Shown: positions 34,424 to 46,577 of the stretch, piece by piece
How positions within the stretch are numbered: position 1 is the first letter of the stretch
How the letters are laid out: each line of letters opens with the position of its first letter
Assembly: GCF_011745625.1 (NCBI RefSeq)
Contig: NW_027191453.1
Coordinates: 1,178,001 to 1,242,000 of the forward strand
Source: Cladosporium halotolerans
Lineage: Eukaryota
DNA: 64,000 nucleotides
Reading direction: 5' to 3'
Translations under genes and position numbers: made by a program
The notes under the pieces: model-generated
Database searches by the model: none
What the model was told of the DNA's origin: nothing
The model's input: only the letters and a program-made list of their open reading frames with translations

Positions 34424-35252
34424 GTTGCTTGTTTGGTGTTGATGATGTGATGTTTTTTGCCGCCGCGAGGAGATGGCGTGTTGGATTGATGGAAGAGAAG
34501 GAGAGGCAAGGAGCGCCGGTGAAAAAGTCGTTCGTCGTACGTGTTTGGTTGCGGTGCGCGGCAAAGGCCAATGCGGAAGGCGCGAAGCTTCACTCCGCGA
34601 GGAAGGAGCGACTGTGGTCTACAGCGGGCCGCTCCCTGCTAAAGTGAGTCTTCACAAGGGGACAGGGAGGTCTGAGAACCTTCCGAGAAGGTTGCTCACC
34701 GAGAATCGAGAACAAGAGAAGAGTTGTGGGTGTCGTTGGAGAAGGTATCTCAGGAGAAGAGAGGCATTGATATAGCCATTGTCACATGCCGCAGATTACC
34801 GTCAGCATTTGCTCCTGTACAATAGGCAGCAGGGAGATGAAGCACGCTCGACCGACCAGCTCTGCATGTGAGATCAGGATACACCAGCGGTCGATCATGA
34901 TTCTTGCAGGGTACTGCTGCCATGTATGTCGCAATCAGGCCTTCTGAGCGAGCTATGTAACTGACTTCTGAGCTCGGCGATGCCACGACCGCCTCAATAC
35001 TTCGTTCGGCTTGAAACGTGCAAACCATGGCGAAGAGAAAGGCGAACAACGAGATGTATGATGTTGAAGGGAAGAGAATCCATTTTGAACACGATACACA
35101 AGCTCATCTCAAGACACGCGGGTATCGAAGTCCTCCGTGCGAATGCTAAAATAACAACTTCAATGAATCGTAGCTCATCACATCGCATAAACCCAAAACA
35201 AACACACCAATGCCAAACGCCGTAACCCAACACCTCAAAGCAACACTCCTTC

Positions 35253-38200
35253 TTACACACCCCTGAAGACCCTCACAACCAAGAACCAACAAGCACCAAT
35301 AAACCTCACGGCGCTCAGCGCCGCAACGCTGTACAGCACGACGGCCATGTAAATCGTCGCGCGCTCCTGCACAGTCTGGTCCTGGTCCTGGTCCGCGCTG
35401 CCACCGATGTTGACGCGGTCGATACCGCCCGCGTTAAGGACGATAGCCGCCAGCGCCAGGTTGCAGAACATCCAGGCCAGGACGACGGCGGAGCGGAAAC
35501 CCTTGTAGTAGTCCTCGTGCTTCTCCTGCTGCGAGACGACGCGCTTGGGCGCCTCCCACTTCGTAGCGAAGGTGCGCAGTTCGGACTCGTACTGCGTGTT
35601 GAGGTCTGCGTCGTCGGTCGGGATGGTGACGTCGACTTTGCCGCCGGGCTTGAGGTTCGCGGTCGGCAGCTTCTCGGGCTTGTCGTCGCCTTTGGTGCCC
35701 CACGTGATGTCGTGGGTGTTGCAGAAGGCATAGACGTTGAGGATGTTGATGTAGGTGGGCGTCAGGAGGAGGTATTGGAAGAAGCAGGTGACCATGTGCC
35801 AGGGGTCGAGGAAGAGGATGGAGGCGAAGAGGTAGAGGAGCCAGGTCGCGCACATCGAGACGATGAGGGTGCGGAAGAGGCTGTTGGTGAAGAGCATGGC
35901 GAAGGTGAAACCGCCGGCGTCGACTTGCTTCATGACGGATTTGACGGTGATGAAGATCGAGGCAAAGAGCAGGTAGCTGAGGACGTGTCAGTGGATGCGC
36001 GCGGAAGCACAAGCAAAGAAGAAGACTTACGCCATGAGGATAGCCCAGAAGTATACCTGGGCCATGTAGAACTTATTACTTCCTTGAGGTCGATTGCCAA
36101 GTGCGAGGACGAAACAAGTCATTAACACAGCAAGATAGACCCACTCGAACAAAACGCCTAGAGCAAGACCTGCTGTGCCGAGAAGATCTTTATCCGATAG
36201 TGAGGTTGTCAAGATCTTGAAGACCAGGAAGAAGTTACCCTGTAAAGATGGTCAGCTAATTGTATCAGGAACGGGGCATCACAGCTGAACTTACGATAGC
36301 GAACCAAGCGAAGAGCATATTGACACCCTGGTAGAAGAACTCGACCAAGAAGAAGAATTTCCGCACAGCAGAATGGTGACTGCGCCAGATCTGGTAGAAG
36401 TGTGCAAGGGAGTAGACCGCTGCGAAGAAAGAGCCGTTCAGCCATCTTCTACGCTGAAGAATGAAGTCGGCCATCTCTTCCGGCACGTCGGTCTCGCCAG
36501 TTGCAGACTTGACGTACTGCAAGATCCAGCTGCAGTTGCGCTTACTCACAAGCTCCCAGCACAGAATACGGTCCTCAGCGAGGTACATGTTGGCCGTGAA
36601 GATACCGGCGTTGGCACCGTGCATCTTCTCACCGGCGAAGTACTTCTCCAGAGGGCCCTGGCCGGTCTTGTCGTTCTGCAGAGCTACGAAGCGGTATGCA
36701 GAGAAGGCACCAGGCAACACGGAAATGAAGCCGAAGGCGCTCTCCAGCGGCTTATCGAGGATGTTGCTCATCTTGTACTCGAAGTTCTGCGCCGCAACGA
36801 CCGGGTTGATGAGCTTCTTGCCGTGCTCCAGCATAGCTTTGATCTCACCGCAAGCGCCGGCGCACATGGGTTCGCGATCGAAAGCCTTCCAGAGCGAGTA
36901 GATGCTGTCCTTGCCAGGCTTGGTACCCGCATCGAGAAGGACGCAAATGTTGGGGTCGAGAATCTCGCCGAAGGCCTGAAAGAACCAACGATGCGAGTTG
37001 ATCTTCTTCTGGTTCTTTTCCTTGAGACAGAAAAGCATCTGCACCGGAGTGTTGCCCTTCTTGACGTGGACAACGCCCTTCTTGATCTCCAGACCCATCT
37101 GCGTCGTGTACTCGTAAATATGCGCCGTCACGTCTTCACCGTTGACTTGCTGCTTGGCAATGCCGTCTTGGAAGACACCCATAGCGGCGAGCACGGCTCT
37201 CGTGCGCGGGTTGATCTTCGCACGTCCATCGGAAACAACGCACACGACGATCTTCTTCCACGCCTCCTTGCCCCATGTCTTGCTGCTCGTGCGTGAATTC
37301 ATGTATTCGATATTCTTGATCACACCCATCATTGTTCGCGCGAAAAGCTCGTCCTCTTCGTTGTACATGGTGATGACGATGAACAGCTCGGTATGCCTAG
37401 GCTTCGCGAACAAGCGCTGTCGCAGAGTGAAGCGCTTGTCGTAGAATTCGCTAGGGTCGCAAGTCGCGGCGGAGTATCGCATGTGGGTGAACTCATCTCT
37501 CTCAGGTGGCTGGGCGTGCTGGATCTGGTTGAGCAACCGCGGCGGAACAGGGCAGTCGAGCACCAAGTTGCCATTGAACAGCTGCACTTCCTTCACGGTC
37601 TTCCATCTCCTGATCGGCGCGTTAGCAGCTGGCGGCGGAGCGTCCGCGTAGCCCGCTTCCACGTCGTCGTGCATTGCATCCACCGGCTCGATGTTGTGAG
37701 GATCCGGTCCGTAAGAACCGCCAGGCTGCAGAATAGGCCTCTCATCCACGTCGTCCTGCCAATATTGGTGTCCTGCTCCTCCAACCGGTGCAGGCGTGCC
37801 GCCATAATGTTGATCTGTGACATCTGAGCCATAAGGCTGGTCGAAGTATTCATTAGGGTGGCCGCCCGGCGGTGGGCTCAGCGAGTACTGGCCGGAGCCC
37901 TGGTGCGCCGCTTGCTGGAAGGGATTGGGGGTGTAGCCCATTGTGTGTACGTCTTCGTAGGATTCGCTGTGCCCCATGCTGTTGGGCATACCGGTCACCT
38001 CATATGTAGGCTGCGCCTGCAGCCTGTCGGTAGATGCGACGGGCCCAGGGCCCATGGGCATCTGCAACGGCTCGTTGTACGGTCTGTCGTCAAGCTGGTA
38101 CGTCTGCATGGGCGTGTGCCCGCGCTCGGGAGATCGTCCGTGAGGATCCATGAAGGGGTTCGCAGCGCTCGAGTACTGGTCTTCTTCGTCGCGCGAATGG

Positions 38201-38387
38201 CCGTAGCCACTGCCTGTGGGGATTTATTAGCTAACGCGATTGCGCGAGTGAGGCGAGCGAGCGGTCTGCTGGCTGTGGGCTGTCACTGGAATGCGGGCGT
38301 ATGCATGGCCGTTTGCCTGTGCAACATCACACCAGGCAGTATACCGCTGCCCAAATGCTGCGACGTACCAATAGGATTGTAGCTCAT
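35253..38387 (-). CDS. chsC: Chitin synthase, class I (ChsC-like)
   Basis: [29 protein letters not shown] and TMYNED motifs; the N-terminus MSYN...YQLDDRPY...DRLQAQPTY resembles class I enzymes. Exons are 38387-38369, 38213-36295, 36239-36031 and 35976-35253. The class assignment is less certain than the family. Confidence 0.9.
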
Positions 38388-39788
38388 CTTGCTTGAGTTC
38401 GTCTCCTCTGCGACGAGGAGTGTTTCAACGCGCGCGGCGTCTCAGGGCGCGAGGGAGCCGCAATGCACTTCCTAAAGCACGAGGTTGCGCTGGACGTGGA
38501 AAGGCTGGTGCTCTGCGGTTGGGAGTGTCTCAGTTTGACGTGCGACGGCTGGGGTGGTGTAGCGATGTCTCTGTCTGGCGCAGGTAATGTTTATGATCGT
38601 CAAGCGCACTAAGGTGGGCAGGCAACCGGCTTGTGCTTTGGTGGAGCACTGGCGGGGCGTTTGAAACGACAGAAAGATGAACGGGGGACAAGCGTGTGAA
38701 GATTGATGTCTCTACCGTGAGGTCAAGAACCGGGGGGTCACGATGTACTTGTGAGGAAAATATGCGTGTAGGTAGCAGTGGTGGATGGCGAATGTTCGGG
38801 TGGTCAGCCATCCACCAGCAAGCACAGCCTTGTTGCGCCTCTCGGCTGGTCGTCATGCGCCGGGGACACGACACGACGACGACGCCTTCGCAGCAACCGG
38901 TGCCTGCATGATGATCATCACATCCTTACTGCTCCTTCGACCACGCATTATTGCCGTTCGAATGATGTCTTCACAATAGCGAGTCTCCAGACGCTTACAT
39001 TGCAGACATGCTCATTCCTGGTCGACATCGTCATGTGCAGCCCCTTCAACTTCTGCGATCTCTTTCTCCGACAACAATGTTTTGCCTTCTGAAACACGTC
39101 CCCCCGCCCCACCAACCTTCGGACTGCCACACGGGACTCGGGTCTCTCGCTGCGATCCGCCGCTAAATCTGCCTTGGCATCGAGCAGCTCCGAGATTAGA
39201 AACAGCTTACTGTACTGCCGAAAGGTACTTCACAATTGATGGGCTGAGCATTGTTACATAGGCATCTCGCCAAACTCTGGGAGAGATCGATTTAGTCGCT
39301 TCAGGCTAAAACTACCATCGATCAGGCCACTGCCTTTAAAGAAAGCTTGAAGCCACAACAGGGCCTATGCTGTCGAAGATTGTGAACGGCCCTTCTCTGA
39401 GGATGGCAGATCGAAGACGCCTTTTTCCTAGCTTTTGGTCTGACTTGTTCACCGTAAAGGATGATGCAGCATCTTCTCATTCAAGAACAATCATACTCGA
39501 AACTAAAGATATAGTGATTCTTTGACGCATTTCAGGCACCTGATGGTAAGGCGTTCATCCGTGGAGCTACCTTATGACGTAGCCGCGCGACCAAAAATCC
39601 AACAGCCCACTCATCACATCAACAGTCTACACAGTCGCAACCATAAGAACCAGCAACAGTTGTACTCACGTGCATACAATAATCCTCACTCGCTTCTCGG
39701 CCTACACATATACAGCGAAAAGCCTTAGACCGAACCTGCACCTAGGCTCGCCCACACCTTGACATCCCAACATCCAACATCCTCCAAA

Positions 39789-40286
39789 ATGCCCTCCTCA
39801 GACCCCAAACCCGTCTCGATCCTCTTCGTCTGCCTCGGCAACATCTGCCGCAGCCCCATGGCCGAAGGCGTGTTCCGCTCGCTCGCCGCCTCGCACCCCT
39901 CGATCGCGCGCATCGACTCCGCCGGCACCGGCGCCTACCACGCCGGCGACAACCCGGACCCGCGCACCATGTCCGTCCTGCGCGCGCACGGCATCAAGGA
40001 CTACAAGCACAAGGCGCGCAAGGTGCGCGTGCCCGCGGACTTCGAGGAGTTCGACTACGTGCTCGGCATGGATGGGATGAACGTGGAGGATCTGAGGGAT
40101 ATGGCGCGCAGGAAGGGCGTGGGGAGTGAGAGGGTGAGGTTGTTTGGGGAGTTTGGGGGGAGGGGGATGGAGGAGGTTGGGGATCCGTATTATGGTGGTG
40201 GGGAGGGGTTTGATATTGCGTATGAGCAGGTGACGAGGTTTTCGAAGGGGTTGTTGAAGGAGATTGAGGAGGCGGGGAAGAGGTGA
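39789..40286 (+). CDS. LTP1: Low-molecular-weight protein tyrosine phosphatase
   Basis: Catalytic loop VCLGNICRS, DSAGTGAYH and DPYYG; ATG at 39789. Confidence 0.95.
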   Translation: MPSSDPKPVSILFVCLGNICRSPMAEGVFRSLAASHPSIARIDSAGTGAYHAGDNPDPRTMSVLRAHGIKDYKHKARKVRVPADFEEFDYVLGMDGMNVEDLRDMARRKGVGSERVRLFGEFGGRGMEEVGDPYYGGGEGFDIAYEQVTRFSKGLLKEIEEAGKR

Positions 40287-41677
40287 TTTGGAGAGGGGGG
40301 ATTGTATACGGGAGCTGGAATTGATGAGATGGTGTAGAGTAGGTTGTGGAGTGCAGGACAACCGGACCGTGGTTGAAGTCGTCCGACAAGATGAATCGGA
40401 CCTCAGAGATTAAGGCTTGAGGTCCTGATATTATTGCTTGACGTCAGGCGAGATGCATCCCGAACGAGAGCACGTAATTATGAGGTCCTGCTAGGCACGG
40501 GGCTTTCGCTGGAAGATCAACAGGGCTGTTTCTTGCACTTGCAGTATTGGAGATGCGAGGGAATAATTTCGCGAAGAGAGGTCACCGCAAGGCCGACCGT
40601 GTTTACAATGAGGCTGAGTCACTGATCGTGAACAAAGATAGACATAGAGCCATCTCATCAGACCATATCAAAAGCAAAACTTGAAACTGCATGAATCACT
40701 GACTCGCCGGCGCAATTCTGAGGTTGACAGCCGCGATCGTTGATATGACTCTGACGTCTTAGCCTAGTACAGCCAGAGCCCCGATCCAGCCCTTCGAGAA
40801 TCATCTCCAGACAGAGGCCATGTGATGACGGAATGGGGCACCGCATGGCCGGTTCTTGGTGGTGCGAGCGCACAGCAGAGATGCGGTATCCACCTAGCCG
40901 CAGCCACCATGGGGCCAAGCTCAAGACAGCATCTTCAGCGGTGCCTGGACCGCCTTGCGCTGGGTGGTGAGGACAGGTCGTGTGCAGTAGAGAGAGAGGC
41001 TGCAGACAGCTTCCTCCGGTGAACGAACGGCCGGCGTACATAGGCGCAACGGCCCAGGAACGCATTTGCGGCACAGCCAGGGGCCGCGTGGTTGCGGGCG
41101 CTCTCGCCTGCCGACTCCAAGGGCTCGCTGCTTGGCGGAGGATGTTCGCCGCCGTCGTCGCCCTCTGATTCCAGGGTCTTCCCGGCGACGTCACCGGCGG
41201 GCTGCCAGCGTGACCACCTTCGCTCCAACCGACGACGCCGGCGCTGCTGGCGCAGACGACGCCCATTGGGACCGCGAGACACGCCTGGCCTGCTGACTGC
41301 CCGCCGACTGCGCCCAACCCCCTGCGCCGCCGCGACACCTTGCCATACTCGCATACAGATCTGCTGCTCGCAAGCCTCTGCCCGCCCGCGACCGCGCCCG
41401 CGCCTCCGGTCCTTACCAACACGAGCCGACTCCACAGCCCACGCACGCACGCCCACGCTCCAGCCCGCCCTCGCCCGTCCAAGCCTGGCACACCTGGTTC
41501 CGAGGCCTGACGCTGCCACTCGACTGCTCTAAGCGCAGCGCATACACGCCTCGAAGCCTGCTCCCAGCAACACCGTGCAGCTCACCACCAGGCCTGCAAG
41601 CACGCCAGCCAGGACAGCCCACGAAGCTTCAATAGCTGCGCCGCACGCAGCAGTGTGCCCCTCGCCCGCCCGCCAGT

Positions 41678-42985
41678 ATGCCTCCACCCCACCAGCAGCC
41701 TCAGCCGGCGCGGCAACAATATCACTCGACTGGCCTCTCACCTCAAAGTTCAGCCGCCCCGCTCATTCCCTCCGACCAACAACGCCAGCAAGACGACCGC
41801 ACTTCAGCAGAGGCCGCCAGCGAAATAGATCCCAAGACTGGCAGACGGCGGCTGTTAGGCTCAAAAAAGGCGCACGGCCAGGTACCTGCCGATCAAGATA
41901 GTCGCGCGATCAACACTTCGGAAGCTCGCCCCGTCATGTCAGATACATCTGCCGCCATGCCCGGCGCACTCCCTACGTCGCCTCTGAAAGAGCCTCCTGT
42001 GAATCTCAGACCTACCGGTGCGCAATCCATGCCTGTCTCGCCTCCTCGACAACATCACAACGTTATGCCTGCGCCTTCACCCGCGAGACTACGATCAAGC
42101 TCGCCGCGCATGCAAAGTCCAGCCTCGAGCGAGATCTTCGAGCGCAACGTGCAAGAGCCTCTTCCTATAGCGACCCTTCAAAGCGAGCTGTCCCCGGCAC
42201 ACATACCCAACCACGTCTTGACTGAGGACCACATCCCCGCCGCACTCGAGGCCTCAGCCGAAGCGATCACCAGCGAAGACCTGAACCCTGACGAAGTGGA
42301 AATCGTCACGGCAACTTCACATCAACCTGCCGCCGCCTCCCTCGACGCCTCCCTCGACGCCTCCAGCACCGCCGACATCGCCTCGCTGCACGCCCACCTT
42401 CCGGCCTCCCTCGCCCACCAATCCTCAGAAGGCTCAGAACCCGCCTCCCTCAACGCCGCCTCCTCCGGCTTCCTCCCCCCGCCCTCCGCAGCCGAAGACG
42501 ACGGCGCAAGCAACTACGGCGCCCTCGACCCCACCGACGTCCGCCGCCTGTCCTTCATCTCCTTCGCCGACGTCGTCCAGTCCGAGCACGCCCACCCGCC
42601 CGCCAGCGACATCGCCGGCAGCCGCGACAGCCTGCACATCGCCTCCCTGCCCTCCGCCGTCCACGACCGCACCGCCTCGCCACTCCGCTCCCCACGCTCC
42701 CCCAGCTCGACGTACTCCGGCGGCGGCGGCGTTGTCACGCCACCCTTAGCTACCGCCCACCCGGCGCTCAACGCAGACCAGAGCCCCGTCCGCAGCCTCC
42801 AGGGCGGCGCCACAACCGCCGGCCCGCACGGCGAGCTCACCATCGAGACGATGCGCCAGGCCGTCCGCAAGACCGCCAGTGGAGATCTGAGCGGTGTTCG
42901 CAGCGCGGGGTTGAGCCCAGTCAATAGCTCGGGGGGTTTGGAGGATGCGTTTGCGAGGCAGAGTCGGAGTCGGACGAATACTTAG
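41678..42985 (+). CDS. Conserved hypothetical Ser/Pro-rich disordered protein
   Basis: 435-codon ORF with coding-like codon bias and conserved-looking islands SEIFERNVQE, EDHIPAALEASAEAIT, RRLSFISFADVV and ELTIETMRQAVRKTASGDL. Confidence 0.78.
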   Translation: MPPPHQQPQPARQQYHSTGLSPQSSAAPLIPSDQQRQQDDRTSAEAASEIDPKTGRRRLLGSKKAHGQVPADQDSRAINTSEARPVMSDTSAAMPGALPTSPLKEPPVNLRPTGAQSMPVSPPRQHHNVMPAPSPARLRSSSPRMQSPASSEIFERNVQEPLPIATLQSELSPAHIPNHVLTEDHIPAALEASAEAITSEDLNPDEVEIVTATSHQPAAASLDASLDASSTADIASLHAHLPASLAHQSSEGSEPASLNAASSGFLPPPSAAEDDGASNYGALDPTDVRRLSFISFADVVQSEHAHPPASDIAGSRDSLHIASLPSAVHDRTASPLRSPRSPSSTYSGGGGVVTPPLATAHPALNADQSPVRSLQGGATTAGPHGELTIETMRQAVRKTASGDLSGVRSAGLSPVNSSGGLEDAFARQSRSRTNT

Positions 42986-44256
42986 AGTTATCAAGACGAA
43001 AATGAATATGAACATGAACATCGGAAACGGTGGAGGATCTAGCGGTGGACGTTGGATGTGGAACGCGGGCACGGGGAGAGAACGAACGATATCCCGCCGC
43101 CGAGGGCAGGCGATGGCTTTCCCTTTTTTGGATTTTTTTCATTTTTGCTGCGCATCTCGGCTCGAGTCGCATGGACGAACGGCGGGCGCAGCACCAAGCT
43201 ATATCTACGGTATCAGACCGAAAAAATCTCAGAACGATTGAATTTGATGTCCCATAAGTGTGCTGGGGGTGTCGAAAAGCTTGTGACGTGCGTTGTCTTT
43301 CGGTGATTCTACTAGCTGATCCAGATTGCATCGAAGTTGCCAGGGCGGAGGATAAAATCATGTTAGCCCGCAGAGATCGAAAGCCGTGGTTTCGGTTCGA
43401 TGCGGGGAGAAGTCTGGCGGTAAGCATGTCGGCTTTGTGAGTCCTTGAGGGTGCTGTGATTGTATAAGGGGACACGGAGAAAGAGGGGTGGTGTGACGTC
43501 GATTTGTTGGGATATCTGATGAGGAGAGGGGGTGTAGAGAGGCGATGACGGGGTGAAGGGTGATGATCTGGGGGTCCAGAAGACATCTGGGCCTTGTCAG
43601 GTGTTCGGAGTAGAATGTGTGCGGATGGCTATGGTTTGTTTCTTTGGCACTTTTGCTGAGGGGTGTTGTTTGTCGCTTTTTTGCAGGGTTGGGTATAGTG
43701 GGCCTTGCGCTTGTGCAGAATGGAGAAGCAAGCCTTGAGGTCTGGACGTATGGCAGCCCCAAAATGGTCTGGAAGACGTATGGTTCGTAAGGTGTGAGCA
43801 CGGAACGCGAAGGACGGAGGCTTGCTGTGCATGGCGGCTCGGAGAGATTTGGGTGTTGTCTAGAGCGAGAATATCTCGGTTGGCTCCGACGGTGGAGTAG
43901 CCGAAGCGAGTACGGCCGTCCATCATCATCCAAAGCGATATGACATGCCGGCGTTCCGTAGCACCCTTTTGTCAGTCAAGTTATCACCAGCCACGTCATA
44001 GCACGCGATCAAGAGACTGACAGTAGATCAACCAGCACAATTGCATGAACAAAAGAAAGCAACACTCTCTCCATTCCTACTCGAAGGCACGGGCATGTTC
44101 TCGAGGGACCGTCGACCTCTTTACATCCGCTTTGCTTGGGGAGTATATGTACATCTTTTCGCATCTGCTCCCGTGTCCTTCCCGCATTGCTTCCTCCCTC
44201 CCATTTCATATACACGGCTCCTTCCTCGACTCCAATTCTATGCCATTGCAACTCCT

Positions 44257-44704
44257 TTACGCCTGGCCAAGGGCCTCGGCGCGCTGGTCCTCCAGCTTGG
44301 CGTAGAACAGATCGCGGCGGCGGACGGCGGGGACGTGGTAGCCTGGCGGTGAATCTGCGTTAGTCTCTCCTGTTCGTGTATTCGCAGCTCTGCCGGCTCG
44401 GGTTTGCTCGAGGTGTGTTCGTCCGCTCTCTTGGGAGAGTATGTCGCGTGCGAAGCCGGCGCCCGGGGAGGGGATATAGTTCTACATACCGTACCACCAG
44501 AAGTATCCAGCAGCGGTACCGAGACCTGTTCAAACAAGGTCAGCCTTTCTGTTCAACTCAAACTTCATGCTCTCTAGCCCTTCCGCGGCTCTCAATGGGT
44601 CACTCCCAGGAGCTCGAAAGCGCGCGCGAAAACGTACCGAAGGCGACCGAGAGGTCAAGGACGAGGCCGCGCCTCAGCATGCCGGTGATGGGCTTGATAG
44701 CCAT
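44257..44704 (-). CDS. COX9: Cytochrome c oxidase subunit 9 (VIIa)
   Basis: Spliced exons 44704-44638, 44525-44490 and 44342-44257 give MAIKPITGMLRRGLVLDLSVAFGLGTAAGYFWWYGYHVPAVRRRDLFYAKLEDQRAEALGQA (62 aa). Confidence 0.93.
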
Positions 44705-44853
44705 TGTAGCGGAGCGGGTCGTTGGAGGTGTGTGGGTTGTGGGTGGGGTGGGTATCGCTCGCGCTGGCGCTTCTTGCTGGCGATGCGAGCTCGAGAGTAC
44801 TGCGATGAGGTCTCCGGGACGGGCTTGGCGGGTTTCGGCTTTCGCCGGGTTGG

Positions 44854-44965
44854 ATTGGCTGGTCCATAACCCCAAGAGGGCTGATAACCCTAACCCTACA
44901 ATTGTCTACTCTTGGGCCAATCAGCGTGGTTCATCAAATCCCTCAGACCACCCAACCCTAACCCT
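44854..44965. promoter_or_regulatory. COX9 upstream region with two CCAAT boxes and two telomere-like (AACCCT)2 boxes
   Basis: ATTGG 44854-44858, TAACCCTAACCCT 44885-44897, CCAAT 44917-44921 and AACCCTAACCCT 44954-44965; function is inferred. Confidence 0.45.
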
Positions 44966-45947
44966 TGCATCACCTCGCGTGAGTATTCGATGCTCGTACC
45001 TCAGGTGTCTATTGTATGAAAGATTGAGCAACACAGTATGTTGATATTGGCCAGTCATAATAATCAAAAGGTGGTGGACTACCTGAATGCTTTTGTTCAC
45101 AACCTTGCACAATGGATCGAACGCAGTGCGGTAAGACGTTTTCGGCCCACAACTGGGTTGCCGGGGCATCTATTTGTCGAAGGTGTTCAATTGCCGTTGA
45201 ATGTAAGGAAGTTCGCCTCGAGAGAGACATCAAAAACAACGCAGAGTGCCTTTACTCTCTGACACCATTTTTGCAACGGTAGGTTCGACAGTATATCTCT
45301 AGCCGAACCAATGGCAAGATCACGAGACCTACTATTTTGAGAATTTACCGTAGTTGGGCCCCGAACCAAGACACCATCGCTCGGCAATCAGAATCGCGGC
45401 TTTGTACAAGGACCGTAGATATGTCCTTCAATCATGTTTGATCGACTGGCTCATTATCTTTTGGCCTGGAGCCTGGATGAAATGTCGCTGGCTGGTGCCG
45501 CTCGCAAGATTCGATGACGGACAAAATGCTATTGCATCCCATCATAGAGTCAATGCCCACCGTACAGGACATTGATGCAGGTATTTACAGCAAGCGTCAA
45601 TTTTTCGCTACCGAGCCTCAGTGCCTCGTGACCTTCTAGGTGGCCAGGTAGTATTAGGGCCCAATGGCTATCCTCATGATGCGAATCTTTCAAGAAGCGT
45701 CTTTGTTGCTGATAGAATACATTTCGAGCGTACATGTAGTGAGTCTTACACCAGAAGTCCTTCACGCCCCTTCAGGCGCCATCGACCTCGAAATTCAGGT
45801 CTCTCGCTCAAAGACCCTTGCCTGCCAACCGCCCGGAAGGCAGCGTCAACGCCATGCTATGCCATGCGATGTGAAGCCCATATAGCCATCCATCTTTTGT
45901 GACCTTATTGTACAAGATAATAAAAGTTTCCACCACCCTTTCAACCC

Positions 45948-46577
45948 TCACACATCCCTCCCCCAAAGCGCCTTCCTTGTCTGTCTGTCCTCCCTCGCCT
46001 CCGTCTTCTTGCGGCCCCACCGGCTCTTGATCTCCGCCAGCTCCCTGTCCCGCTGCTCCTTGATCTCCGGCGCGCAGCAGCACAGGCTGACGAAGTACTG
46101 CGAGCACTGGAACTTCTCCGCCAGCTTCACCCGCGTCCACTGCTTGGGGTTCTCCGCCCGCAGGCGTCGGATCTCCTCCACCTGCGCCTGCGTCACGTGA
46201 TACTTCTTCTCGTACGGCTGTCGCACGGGTGCGGGCAGTTCGCTGGAGTTATTGGGGTGTTGCGTTCCCGAGCTGCTGCCGGGGGTGGATGGGGGTTTTG
46301 CGCTGGTTGTGGGCGCCGCGAAGCGTCGTCTTGGGTCGTTGGCGGGCAGGAATTTCTGCGGCGTGTGGTAGACGTTGGGCGCGCTGGAGGGGGGGTTGAA
46401 GACGATGTGGTCTTGCGTCTCGGTCGCCGAGGGCGCGAACGAGGCGTCCGGTTTCACGCGGAGCGCTTTGCGTGTGCGGCGGAAGGAGGATTGGTATCGC
46501 CGGCAGGAGGTGCAGATCCATTCTGTGGAGGGCAGGAGGGAGGGCCGTATCGAGCCATTGAGGGAGGAGAGCGCCAT
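45948..46577 (-). CDS. MRPL20: Mitochondrial large-subunit ribosomal protein mL58
   Basis: Basic presequence-like N-terminus, FNPPSSAPNVYHTPQKFLP, KKYHVTQAQVEEIRRLR, WTRVKLAEKF and AREDRQTRKALW; ATG at 46577. Confidence 0.85.
   Translation of the reverse strand: MALSSLNGSIRPSLLPSTEWICTSCRRYQSSFRRTRKALRVKPDASFAPSATETQDHIVFNPPSSAPNVYHTPQKFLPANDPRRRFAAPTTSAKPPSTPGSSSGTQHPNNSSELPAPVRQPYEKKYHVTQAQVEEIRRLRAENPKQWTRVKLAEKFQCSQYFVSLCCCAPEIKEQRDRELAEIKSRWGRKKTEAREDRQTRKALWGRDV

Noticed and set aside
42921..43933. Minus-strand ORFs of 191-221 codons
   Set aside because: Low-complexity translations from strand-skewed sequence overlapping 3' regions of neighbouring genes; no domain evidence.
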